A stretch of DNA of 64,000 nucleotides, from the NCBI GenBank assembly GCA_965224705.1, contig OZ245056.1, positions 2,688,001 through 2,752,000 on the forward strand. The letters are read 5' to 3'. The notes beneath the pieces were generated by a model. It worked only from the letters and a program-made list of their open reading frames with translations. It had not been told where the DNA came from and ran no database searches. Position numbers and translations under genes: made by a program. Source of the DNA: Spirochaetaceae bacterium (GTDB taxonomy: Bacteria; Spirochaetota; Spirochaetia; DSM-2461). This document shows, one piece after another, positions 26,860 to 35,957 of this stretch; position 1 is the stretch's first letter; the number at the start of each line of letters is the position of its first letter.

Positions 26860-28905
26860 TCAGGAATGCCCTCTTTCTTTATTAGAAGTAATTATATCCT
26901 GGGCGATTTTCCCGGTCACTGGTTCGTAATGACTGAATTCCATCTCATAGGCACCTGTTCCCGACGTAATGGCTTTTATGTCTATGGAATATGTCAGAAG
27001 TTCCCCCTGAGGAATGATTGCCTTAATGCATTGAATCCCCCCGCCGATGGGGGTTTGATCCTGCACACGTCCCCGTTTTGTTGACATATCGGACAGGATA
27101 TCACCGAGGTAACGTTCTTCTACATAGACCGTAAGATTAACTAAGGGCTCAAGTAATACCGGACCCGATTTCTCAAATGCCAGTTTCAATGCCATCTTTG
27201 CGGCAAGTTTAAAGGCCATTTCTGAAGAATCGACACTGTGTTCCTTGCCATCATAGACACTGACTCCTATATCCACCATAGGAAAATTGGCCAGATACCC
27301 TTCTGCCATGGCTTCACGCAGACCTTTTTCAATTCCGGGAAAATATCCCTTACTTATGGCTCCACCCCGGATATCATTGGTCAGGACAAAATCTTCTCCA
27401 CGCTGCAATGGTTTAACATTTATGAAGACTTTGCCGTATTGTCCATGTCCTCCTGATTGCTTCTTATGTGTGTATTCAGCGGAAGACGCCCTTGTAATAG
27501 TTTCTCTATAGGGGACACGGGGTTTACGGGTAAGAACCTTGATTCCAGATTCCTTCATGAGTTTTTCAAAAATATTGTTGATGTGCATCTCACCCATACC
27601 GGCAATGACTGTTTCCTGCGTTTCCTCATTATATCCAATCGTGAAGGTGAGATCCTGCTCTGCAATCTTATGCAGGAAGTCATTCATTTTGTCTTCATCT
27701 TTCTGTTTTTCCGTACTGACAGCCAATGTGTGAACAGGTACGGGGAGGGCCAGGGGTTTGAAATGCACGCCCGGCAATGAGGATGTCAGAGAATCGTTCG
27801 TATGGACGGAATCCAGTTTGATAACGGCTCCCAGATCACCGGCAGGCAACAGCGGTGTTTCTTTGAGATGTCTGCCATTGACATGAAATACTTTCGAAAT
27901 TCGTTCTTTCTTCTCAATGCGGGAATTGTATACTTCACCGGGTTTGAGTTGACCGCTTACAACTTTTAGATAGCTTATTTTCCCGGAAAACCTGTCAATG
28001 GAAGTTTTGAAAACGAAACCTGAAAATCCCTCGGAATCCGAGTATTCGATGGGCTCACCATCTTCAACCGGTTCTGATTCTCTTCCTGGAGCAGGGCAGA
28101 GCTCTGTCAGGATGTCCAATACATTGGTTATTCCTGAACCCAGGTCAGCAGATCCGCAAAGAACTGGAACAAAGGTATTCCCGGCCATGCCTTCCAGGAG
28201 GCCTTTTGTTATATCGGCACCTTCAAGGGTGTCGTTGTCAAAAAACTTTTCAGTGAGTTCATCATCACCTTCTGCAGCCATCTCTATCAGTTTCTCGCGC
28301 CATTTGTTCACTTCGTCCATTAAGTTCTCAGGGATTTTTGTTTCTTCTCCTCCTGTCTTGATTGCTTTCATATGGAGGAGATCGACGATTCCCTCATGAG
28401 ATGTCCCCTGGCCCAGCGGCAGGGTCAGGGGAACCGCCATTACATCGAAAGCTTCCTTCACCTGATTCAGTGACTGTTGAAAGTCAGCCCTTTCCTGATC
28501 CATTTTATTAACAAAGACCACACGGGGGAGATTTCGGTTATCCAGCCGCCGCCATAGTTTAATTGTTTCTATCTGTATTCCCGCCGGAGCACTTATTAGC
28601 ATCACAGCTGTTTCCGCTGCACGGAAAGAGGCAACGACTTCTCCAACAAAATCTGCCGAACCTGGAGTATCAAGGACATTGATTCGAACATCCTTCCATG
28701 GAATATTCATCAGGCTGGTATGCATGGAAAACCTGTGCTGGATCTCAGTATCGAGATAATCGCTGACAGTTTTTCCCGAATCAATTGATTCAGCTCTGGA
28801 GATTACACCAGCTCTGAACAGCATCTGTTCAACGAGCGTTGTTTTTCCTGTCCCGCCATGCCCACAGATTGCAACGTTACGGATAGAGTTCCTGCTATCA
28901 GCCAT
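26860..28905 (-). CDS. Elongation factor G paralogue (EFG-II type, divergent G domain)
   Basis: 'GHGGTGKTT', 'DTPGSADF', 'NKMD'; RFSM in place of RGIT; domain IV 'HKKQSGGHGQYG' and 'HSVDSS' intact. Confidence 0.92.
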   Translation of the reverse strand: MADSRNSIRNVAICGHGGTGKTTLVEQMLFRAGVISRAESIDSGKTVSDYLDTEIQHRFSMHTSLMNIPWKDVRINVLDTPGSADFVGEVVASFRAAETAVMLISAPAGIQIETIKLWRRLDNRNLPRVVFVNKMDQERADFQQSLNQVKEAFDVMAVPLTLPLGQGTSHEGIVDLLHMKAIKTGGEETKIPENLMDEVNKWREKLIEMAAEGDDELTEKFFDNDTLEGADITKGLLEGMAGNTFVPVLCGSADLGSGITNVLDILTELCPAPGRESEPVEDGEPIEYSDSEGFSGFVFKTSIDRFSGKISYLKVVSGQLKPGEVYNSRIEKKERISKVFHVNGRHLKETPLLPAGDLGAVIKLDSVHTNDSLTSSLPGVHFKPLALPVPVHTLAVSTEKQKDEDKMNDFLHKIAEQDLTFTIGYNEETQETVIAGMGEMHINNIFEKLMKESGIKVLTRKPRVPYRETITRASSAEYTHKKQSGGHGQYGKVFINVKPLQRGEDFVLTNDIRGGAISKGYFPGIEKGLREAMAEGYLANFPMVDIGVSVYDGKEHSVDSSEMAFKLAAKMALKLAFEKSGPVLLEPLVNLTVYVEERYLGDILSDMSTKRGRVQDQTPIGGGIQCIKAIIPQGELLTYSIDIKAITSGTGAYEMEFSHYEPVTGKIAQDIITSNKERGHS

Positions 28906-28976
28906 ATTAGTTTTTCTCCTTGATTAAATACTATTCTACATCCTGCATCGGACTTTGACTATGCTAAAACTATAGT

Positions 28977-31010
28977 TTATTGTGACTCAGCGAAATGGCT
29001 GAATTCCATGCTGAAAGTACCTCTCCCCTGAGTGATGTTACGCAAAATCGTTGAGTAACCAAACATCTTGACTAATGGGACTTTTGCCCTGATAAGATCA
29101 TAGGATGGCCGGGATTCCATACTCTCAATTTGCCCCCCGCGCTGACTGATGCTGCTCATTACATCCCCGACTTTCTCTGATTGGCACATAGCATCCACAT
29201 CCATCACTGGCTCCAGCAGTACTGGAGACGCTCCCCGGCACAATTTATCGAACCCTAATGATGCCGCAGCTTCCAGTGCTGTATCACTCACAGTGGCTTC
29301 ACTGAATTGCACATCTGTCAGCGTAATTTTGATGTCAACACATGGATAACCCAGTACAATACCTGTAGGGAAGGCCGATTCAACACCTCTTTTTACAGAT
29401 TCCTGGCAGCCAGCAGGCAGTGTACGTAAATCTATATCGGATACAAATTGATTTCCCTTCCTTCCAGGCAGGGGTTCTGCTTTCAATGTAACCGTTGCTT
29501 CATGGACCTTGCCGGCAAGCGTCTGTTGATATGTTTCAGTATGAGAGTTCTCCTTCTTGATTGTTTCCCTATATGTTACCTGAGGATGGCCGATGTTCGT
29601 TTCCACCCCGTATTCCTCCAGGATTCTGGTAACCAGGATGTCAAGATGCAGTTCTCCCATTCCTGATATGATGAGTTGTCCTGTTTCTTTGTTTTCCCGT
29701 ACTGCGAATGTGGGATCCTCTTTCAGTAGATTATCCAGGGCTGACTTCAATTTCCCCTGATCACTCATAGTTCTGGGTTCAATGGAGACTGAGAGTACAG
29801 GTTCTGGAAATTCCATTGTTTCCAGGGCGACCGGGTATGATTCATTGACCAGGGTTTCACCAGTTCTTGCAAGCTTCAACCCAATCGCAACGCCAATATC
29901 ACCGGCCTTCAGCTCAGAAATTTGTTCATGATTATTGGCATGCATTCGAAGAAGCCGATTTATACGAGCCCGTTTTTTGCAGCTGGCATAGAGAACTGAA
30001 GAGCCGGATTTCAATACCCCTGAATACACTCTCAAGTAGCAAAGAGCTCCCATTTCCCTATCATGCTGAATTTTGAAAACCAATGCGGTCAGTTTACTGT
30101 CCCTACTCCGGGGAATGTCCACATGTTCTCCACTTTTTGTAGACAGGGCTTTGACGGATGGTATTTCTTCCGGTGCCGGCAGGTAGTTGAGAACGGCATC
30201 CAGAACTGGCTGTACACCTTTGTTTTTCAGTGATGAGCCTGCAAAAACTGGAACAATCAGTTTTGAAATGGTGGCCTTCCTCAGGGTCCTGTGAATTAAT
30301 TCAGCACTGACGGCTTTGCCCTCGATATACAATTCTGTGATTTCATCGCTGTAAGCAGATAAAGAGTCGAGCAGTTTGTCCCTCCATTCCCCAGCCAGAG
30401 GCTGCAATTCCTCTCGAATCTCACTCTGACGGATTTGAGCACCGGCCGGATCGAGATCCCAATGGAGTTCAACCATGTTGATGAGGTCAATATTGCCCTC
30501 ATAGGAGGATTCTGCCCCGATAGGAAGAGCAACAGGTACGGGATTGGCTTTGAGATTCTGGCGGATTTCATCAACTACAACATAAAAATCTGCTCCAATT
30601 CTATCCATTTTATTGATGTAGACAATTCGGGGAATATTGTAGCGGTCGGCCTGTTTCCAGACGGTTTCAGATTGAGGTTCAACGCCGCCAACCGCACAAA
30701 ATACGCCAATGGCACCGTCGAGGACCCTCAGGGATCTTTCTACCTCTGCCGTGAAATCGACATGACCCGGGGTATCAATGATGTTGATCTGCACATCATT
30801 CCAGTAGCAGGTTGTTGCGGCAGAAACAATAGTAATACCCCGATTTTGTTCCTGGGACATCCAATCCATGGTTGCAGTGCCGCTATCCACTTCCCCTATA
30901 CGATGATTTTTATGGGTGTAGAACAGAATTCTTTCAGTCGTGGTTGTTTTTCCAGCATCAATGTGTGCAATTATGCCTATATTTCTGATTTCTTCATTGG
31001 ATCGAGTCAT
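28977..31010 (-). CDS. fusA: Elongation factor G paralogue (spirochaete EF-G2, recycling-type)
   Basis: 'AHIDAGKTT', 'RGITI', 'DTPGHVDF', 'NKMD'; domain IV loops degenerate. Confidence 0.92.
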   Translation of the reverse strand: MTRSNEEIRNIGIIAHIDAGKTTTTERILFYTHKNHRIGEVDSGTATMDWMSQEQNRGITIVSAATTCYWNDVQINIIDTPGHVDFTAEVERSLRVLDGAIGVFCAVGGVEPQSETVWKQADRYNIPRIVYINKMDRIGADFYVVVDEIRQNLKANPVPVALPIGAESSYEGNIDLINMVELHWDLDPAGAQIRQSEIREELQPLAGEWRDKLLDSLSAYSDEITELYIEGKAVSAELIHRTLRKATISKLIVPVFAGSSLKNKGVQPVLDAVLNYLPAPEEIPSVKALSTKSGEHVDIPRSRDSKLTALVFKIQHDREMGALCYLRVYSGVLKSGSSVLYASCKKRARINRLLRMHANNHEQISELKAGDIGVAIGLKLARTGETLVNESYPVALETMEFPEPVLSVSIEPRTMSDQGKLKSALDNLLKEDPTFAVRENKETGQLIISGMGELHLDILVTRILEEYGVETNIGHPQVTYRETIKKENSHTETYQQTLAGKVHEATVTLKAEPLPGRKGNQFVSDIDLRTLPAGCQESVKRGVESAFPTGIVLGYPCVDIKITLTDVQFSEATVSDTALEAAASLGFDKLCRGASPVLLEPVMDVDAMCQSEKVGDVMSSISQRGGQIESMESRPSYDLIRAKVPLVKMFGYSTILRNITQGRGTFSMEFSHFAESQ

Positions 31011-31091
31011 TAAAGGAAATACTATCATGGATTGTACTTCACGACAATGTAGTGCCTTGATTCCCGGTTTATATCCAGGTAGGCTTTGTCA

Positions 31092-31637
31092 ATGTACAGA
31101 GCCAGAGATATAGATCCGCAACAATGGGTGCCTGCCGATGAGGCAGTTCTATGCTTCATCAGAAATATACAGTCCAGACAATTGCTGCTCATGCACAAAA
31201 AGACTGGTTTGGGGGCGGGTTTGATCAATGTGCCTGGAGGCAAGATTGAATCAGGTGAGACAGCTGCTGAGGCGGCCGTCAGGGAAACGCAGGAAGAAGT
31301 TGGACTAAAAGTGAGAAATCTGAAGCACAGCGGGGAACTGTATTTCCAGTTTATTGACGGGTATTCCATCCATGGTTCAGTTTTTGAAACCCATGAATGG
31401 AGTGGTAATCCAGTTGAAACTCATGAAGCTGCTCCTTTCTGGTGTAGCGAAGGGGAGATACCCTATAGTAAGATGTGGATTGATGATTCCTGGTGGATAC
31501 CCCACCTGTTATCGGGATGCCGGTTTCTGGGCAGATTTGTGTTTGACGGGCAGAGCATGCTGAGCATGTGTATGGAAGTTGAAACGGACGAAAAGAATGG
31601 AATACCGGGGAATTTTACTGGAGGAAGCTATGGATGA
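31092..31637 (+). CDS. NUDIX hydrolase (8-oxo-dGTPase/MTH1-like)
   Basis: Nudix box 'GGKIESGETAAEAAVRETQEEVG'; 'IPYSKMW.DD..W.P'. Confidence 0.9.
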   Translation: MYRARDIDPQQWVPADEAVLCFIRNIQSRQLLLMHKKTGLGAGLINVPGGKIESGETAAEAAVRETQEEVGLKVRNLKHSGELYFQFIDGYSIHGSVFETHEWSGNPVETHEAAPFWCSEGEIPYSKMWIDDSWWIPHLLSGCRFLGRFVFDGQSMLSMCMEVETDEKNGIPGNFTGGSYG

Positions 31638-31974
31638 TACTGTATTTGATAAAGTAGTAAAGGGATCTATTCCTGTCGATCTGGTTTATGAGGATGAGTC
31701 ATTACTGGCATTCAGAGATATCAACCCACAGGCACCTGTACATGTACTGGTAATACCCAGACAAAAAATTGCCCGCCTGGCAGAATTGGATCAGTGGTCA
31801 GTTGAAGATACTGGAGTTTTCTTTCAGGGTGTCTCAAAAGTTGCCAGAGAGCTCAAATTGAATGGGAGCGGTTATCGAATCGTCATCAACAATGGAAGGG
31901 ATGGGGGCCAGGATGTTGAATACCTGCATGCTCACATACTTGGCGGAAGGAAATTAACCTGGCCTCCAGGTTAG
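31630..31974 (+). CDS. HIT-family (HinT-like) nucleotide-binding protein
   Basis: 'AFRDINPQAPVHVLVIP', 'YLHAHILGGR...WPPG'. Confidence 0.93.
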   Translation: MDDTVFDKVVKGSIPVDLVYEDESLLAFRDINPQAPVHVLVIPRQKIARLAELDQWSVEDTGVFFQGVSKVARELKLNGSGYRIVINNGRDGGQDVEYLHAHILGGRKLTWPPG

Positions 31975-31989
31975 GTTCAGGGTAAGGTC

Positions 31990-32370
31990 ATGCAAAAAAC
32001 TCTACATGCCGTCAGAGGTGCAGTAACCATCGATAATCCTGACAATGAAGTCCGGGAGATGAAGAAGGTCTCAGGTAATCTCCTGGATGTTTTACTGAAA
32101 AAAAACCTCATTAAGCTGGAAGATATTGTCAGCATCCAGATAACTCAAACACCAGACCTCACACAGATTAATGCGGCTTCTGCTCTACGGGCAGCCCGTC
32201 CTCATTTCGGATCCATTCCCCTGTTCTGTGCTCAAGAACCGGATATTGAAGGCATGCTTACAGGAGTTATCAGGGTACTGGTTACCTATTATGGAGTAAA
32301 TCCCGGCATGCCTGTATATCTTGGTGGAGCTGAAAAACTTCGGACGGATATAGCAAAAGGAAATCACTAA
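31990..32370 (+). CDS. aroH: Chorismate mutase, AroH class
   Basis: 'AVRGA', 'T.TPDL', 'PLFCAQE', 'VYL.GA..LR.D'. Confidence 0.88.
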   Translation: MQKTLHAVRGAVTIDNPDNEVREMKKVSGNLLDVLLKKNLIKLEDIVSIQITQTPDLTQINAASALRAARPHFGSIPLFCAQEPDIEGMLTGVIRVLVTYYGVNPGMPVYLGGAEKLRTDIAKGNH

Positions 32371-32397
32371 ACAGGTAAAAAATGCCGAAACTGGCAT

Positions 32398-33153
32398 ATG
32401 GATGTTTGTCATTCTATATTTGAGGATGTTTTTTCTGTGCAGGAAACTGGCGGAAATGAATCGATTGCTGAGGCCGCAAATATAATCAATCATACCCTGG
32501 ATTCTGTCAGAATGGCCGTCCAACCTGATTTACCGACACAGTTTGTGGCCGACAGCATTGGTTCAATGCTCCAGGATAATGGGGTTGACCCAGGATACAT
32601 AATCAGTATTTCTCCAGAGGATGTAGCATGGCATGGTATCCCCGGTGACAGATTACTTGGTAGAGGAGAAATTGTAACAATTGATGTGGCATGTTCTGTT
32701 CGTGGATGGTGGACTGACATTTCAATAACAGTTCCCGTCAGCGACATTGATGAAAAAAGACTGAGATTGATTGAAGCCGCCAGGGAAGGAACAAAAACCC
32801 TGATCAACTGCACCAAAAAAAACAGCAACGGAAGGGAAAATGCTGCAAAAATGTCTGATCATTGTAAAAGATATGATGTCAGGCTGATCTCCGAAGGAGC
32901 AGGGCATGGGTTGGGCAGGAAGCTTCACTGTAATCCACAGCTTACATATGATGGTCGCCTCCATACGCCTCTGGAAGATGGACGGGCATATACAATTGAA
33001 CCTGTTTTTACCAGCGGTAATGGCAGAGTGAGAATGAATTCTGATGGATCTGCGGTAACGGAAGATGGGGAACCAACAGCATATTTTGAAATCGCTGTGC
33101 TAATTCGCGGTAATAATACAGTAATACTTGGGAATCCTTCCTGGCTGTCGTAA
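32398..33153 (+). CDS. M24-family metallopeptidase (methionine aminopeptidase-like, divergent)
   Basis: 'HGIP', 'IDV...GWWTD', 'GHGLG..LH', 'TIEP', 'YFE' metal ligands. Confidence 0.85.
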   Translation: MDVCHSIFEDVFSVQETGGNESIAEAANIINHTLDSVRMAVQPDLPTQFVADSIGSMLQDNGVDPGYIISISPEDVAWHGIPGDRLLGRGEIVTIDVACSVRGWWTDISITVPVSDIDEKRLRLIEAAREGTKTLINCTKKNSNGRENAAKMSDHCKRYDVRLISEGAGHGLGRKLHCNPQLTYDGRLHTPLEDGRAYTIEPVFTSGNGRVRMNSDGSAVTEDGEPTAYFEIAVLIRGNNTVILGNPSWLS

Positions 33154-33161
33154 AATCAGTG

Positions 33162-33190
33162 TTGACAAATACAGTATTCAATGATACGTT
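33162..33190 (+). promoter_or_regulatory. Putative sigma70 promoter of the tRNA-Thr/Tyr pair
   Basis: TTGACA-17 bp-TACGTT with TGn extension, 13 bp before tRNA-Thr. Confidence 0.7.
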
Positions 33191-33203
33191 CCCCTACGAC
33201 AGT

Positions 33204-33277
33204 GCCATCTTAGCTCAGCTGGCCAGAGCACGTGATTTGTAATCTCGGGGTCGTCGGTTCGAATCCGACAGATGGCT
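33204..33277 (+). tRNA. tRNA-Thr (TGT)
   Basis: Acceptor gccatct/agatggc; anticodon loop ttTGTaa; T-loop ggttcgaatcc. Confidence 0.95.
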
Positions 33278-33291
33278 CGTAAAGAATTTCC

Positions 33292-33373
33292 GGGGAGGTT
33301 CCCGAGTGGCCAAAGGGGGCAGACTGTAAATCTGTTGCTATCAGCTTCGAAGGTTCGAATCCTTCTCTCCCCA
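33292..33373 (+). tRNA. tRNA-Tyr (GTA)
   Basis: Acceptor ggggagg/tctcccc; gcaga-ctGTAaa-tctgt; long variable arm; T-loop ggttcgaatcc. Confidence 0.96.
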
Positions 33374-33386
33374 TGATGAACACTTA

Positions 33387-34649
33387 CCCAGTGTCAGAAA
33401 GCCTGTAAAACCCCCTTCAACCCATCCCGGGAGTCCAATCTCCTCCTAAACCTTCACATACAGCGGATCATAACGACCGGATTCCACTCCCGGATTACGC
33501 CACTCACACAACCAGGTCTTCTTCTCTGCCGCACCCAGATTGACCTTGCTCAAAAAGGCTCTCTTCAACCAGTATTTGCTCACTGCCTTCCGAAGTTTCT
33601 TCCTGGTGATCCCGGCCTTCTCAGCATGAGTTGTGTCCTTCTTCTTCCGGGCCTCCTTCACCCGCCATGGAATCATGCAGTTGTGGTAGTGACGATAAAG
33701 AACAAATCGAATCATCATTGCAGCGGGAGATTTGGCAAACTTGACCGTCTCCCTGACATGATCTGAAATATCTTTCCTGATCTGACGGTCAATGTAGTTA
33801 ATAGGAAACATCGAATTATCCATGGTTCTGGCCGACCTTGAAGATGTCATGACCCGGATGAAGAAGTGGAGAAAATGCTCGGTTTTCGCAAAGGCCCGGG
33901 TGTATGCCCTGTGCATATCCGTGAAGAGCAGCTTATGCACAACCTTTTTCTTCATAAGGAATTGAATCAAATCTTCTGTCAGACTTCTCACCGATTTCTC
34001 AATGGCCCCGGGATCCGCCCTGCCCCTGGCCTCCAGCTTCTTTCGGATCAATTTTTGACGGGAAGTCATTCTTCCTTTCCGCCTGAGATTGGCAAACCCG
34101 GTCTCATAGATGAACTCGGACTCACTCCCGGCAAAGATGTTGATGTGGTTGGGATAGTATTGAGAGAAGGAAAAGGACTCCAGTCCATCCGCAGCCATGG
34201 ATTCCCTCATAGGGAGTTTTTTCAACAGCCGGGCATGGATTGCCATGGCGGAACGGGCCAGTCTTTCGCATCGGTTCTGCACCGTATCGGAAGAAACCTC
34301 CAGATGACGGCTGATGTCGTTCACACCGGAAGAGGTCACCAGATGCTGTAGAAGTTCCTCGTAGTCGACGACTTTTTTCGCATAGTAATCGATTGAAAAA
34401 GTCTGGGAGGAAAAGGTTCTTTTGCAGTCATTGCAGATGTATCGCTGGACTGTTCCGAATGCTTCAGTGTGGTAGGAACTGTGTATCGAAAACCAGTTCT
34501 TTTGCTCTGGGGCACTGAAATGGATACATTTCGGGTTGGGGCAGTGGGGGAATGGCATGGTCAAACTCCTTTATAAATTGTTTTCTTACTATGTTATAAC
34601 GAGCCTGACAGGGGGTTTTTGCTACATTAACAAGCTTTCTGACACTGGG
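33387..34649 (-). mobile_element. Insertion sequence, about 1263 bp, IS1/IS1595-like
   Basis: Terminal IRs cccagtgtcagaaagcctgt (33387-33406) / acaagctttctgacactggg (34630-34649), 19/20 match, enclosing a single ORF. Confidence 0.85.
33446..34564 (-). CDS. Putative transposase (Zn ribbon + HTH + DDE-like domain)
   Basis: 'CPNPKC...QRYICNDCKRTF' InsA-like Zn ribbon; HTH 'VNDISRHLEVSSDTV'; acidic motifs 'AADG' and 'FTD'; 'YHN...T.AEKAG' tail. Confidence 0.8.
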   Translation of the reverse strand: MTMPFPHCPNPKCIHFSAPEQKNWFSIHSSYHTEAFGTVQRYICNDCKRTFSSQTFSIDYYAKKVVDYEELLQHLVTSSGVNDISRHLEVSSDTVQNRCERLARSAMAIHARLLKKLPMRESMAADGLESFSFSQYYPNHINIFAGSESEFIYETGFANLRRKGRMTSRQKLIRKKLEARGRADPGAIEKSVRSLTEDLIQFLMKKKVVHKLLFTDMHRAYTRAFAKTEHFLHFFIRVMTSSRSARTMDNSMFPINYIDRQIRKDISDHVRETVKFAKSPAAMMIRFVLYRHYHNCMIPWRVKEARKKKDTTHAEKAGITRKKLRKAVSKYWLKRAFLSKVNLGAAEKKTWLCEWRNPGVESGRYDPLYVKV

Positions 34650-34830
34650 AAAAGAATTCATCATGAAGTTCAGGTGGTCCTGCACTGTGAATGAAGTCAG
34701 CCATCCAGAGTACCGGGCCTGTCCATTCTGATCATCGATAACAGCATCCCAACACAGGATATTCATCATTTTTTGAAGAAAAACGGGATGATGATTTGAT
34801 CTCTCCGGTATAATGATATATTCTACCCTA

Positions 34831-34963
34831 GGAGCCCTCGGACTTACGCCTTACGGCTCGATTTTTGACTTTTTCCTGCTGCTGCGTTGCCTGCCTGTCG
34901 GCAGACAGGTCGCCTTGCGTCAGGAAAAATCACCAGAAATCGTCTTAAAGTCCGACAGACTCC
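34831..34963 (+). repeat. Variant copy of the palindromic MITE/REP-like element
   Basis: ggagccctcggactt...aagtccgacagactcc with the same inner arms but a different apical hairpin. Confidence 0.9.
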
Positions 34964-34976
34964 TGGTGGAGCAATC

Positions 34977-35930
34977 ATGATAATTCGTATTTGGGGAGTT
35001 CGAGGTTCAAGTCCAACACCGTTAACTCCAGAAGGAGTCCGCCGAAAGATAGAGCGGGCCTTGAGCATGGCTGAGCCTTCCGATTTAAACAGCGAGAAAT
35101 CGCGGAAACAATTCCTTGCAGGATTACCGGCGGATATCAGCAGTACAATTGGGGGGAATACGGCCTGTATTGAAGTTCGTACTTCAGAAGGGAAAATGAT
35201 TATTCTTGATACTGGAACCGGACTCCGAGAGTTGGAGAATCACAGTCTGAATAATCAGAGCCAGATCAATGAATATCATATTTTCCTGTCGCATTTTCAT
35301 TATGATCATCTTATGGGAATTCCTTTTTTCTCTCCAATGTACAATGAGGAAGCTCACATCCATTTTTACAGTCCATTTTCATCAATGGAGAAGAAGCTCA
35401 GGAGATTCATGTCAACTCCATATCATCCGGTTAACTGGGATAGTTTTACTGCTGATATAGATTTTCACAAATTGGAGAACGATGAAACAGTCCATATAGG
35501 CAGCGCTGATATAACATGGATACACAGAGAACATCCCGGGGGGGGGGCATCTTACAAAGTTTCTGAAAAGAATCGATCCATAATCTATTCTTCCGATACT
35601 CAGCTCACTGAAAAAGATTTCAGAAAGTCAGAAAAAAACATCAACTACTTTAAAAATGCTGATATTATCATTCATGATGCTCAATTTACATTGGAAGAAG
35701 CTATTGCAAAATACGATTGGGGACATTCTACTTACAGCCTGGCCGTTCAATTCGCAAGGGAGTTCAATATAAAGAAGCTTCTGCTGTTTCACCACGATCC
35801 ACTGAAATCTGATTCGAAGCTGGAAGAGATTCTTGCAGCGGCAAGGCAGCTTGACGCTCATTTGAAGGGGCATCATAAAGCGAAGATGGTGGTGGAACTT
35901 GCTCGTGAAGGGATTGAAATTCAGCTTTGA
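34977..35930 (+). CDS. MBL-fold metallo-hydrolase
   Basis: 'WGVRGS', 'GGNTAC', 'LDTGTG', 'SHFHYDH', 'HPG', 'WGHS', 'FHHDP'. Confidence 0.92.
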   Translation: MIIRIWGVRGSSPTPLTPEGVRRKIERALSMAEPSDLNSEKSRKQFLAGLPADISSTIGGNTACIEVRTSEGKMIILDTGTGLRELENHSLNNQSQINEYHIFLSHFHYDHLMGIPFFSPMYNEEAHIHFYSPFSSMEKKLRRFMSTPYHPVNWDSFTADIDFHKLENDETVHIGSADITWIHREHPGGGASYKVSEKNRSIIYSSDTQLTEKDFRKSEKNINYFKNADIIIHDAQFTLEEAIAKYDWGHSTYSLAVQFAREFNIKKLLLFHHDPLKSDSKLEEILAAARQLDAHLKGHHKAKMVVELAREGIEIQL

Positions 35931-35957
35931 AAATGAACTCCAGGGATTAATAGACAA

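Noticed and set aside
26740..26860. Integration site or genomic island at tRNA-Val
   Set aside because: No integrase and no duplicated tRNA 3' end seen; flanked by housekeeping genes
26860..28905. EF-G pseudogene because of the altered G motifs
   Set aside because: Full-length open frame with RBS and intact domains II-V; fits the EFG-II type
30435..31013. 192-aa + strand ORF
   Set aside because: Antisense shadow of the EF-G G domain
33387..34963. The IS transposase as mobiliser of the neighbouring palindromic element
   Set aside because: The terminal IRs are unrelated (cccagtgtcagaaagc versus ggagYctgtcggactt); proximity alone is not evidence
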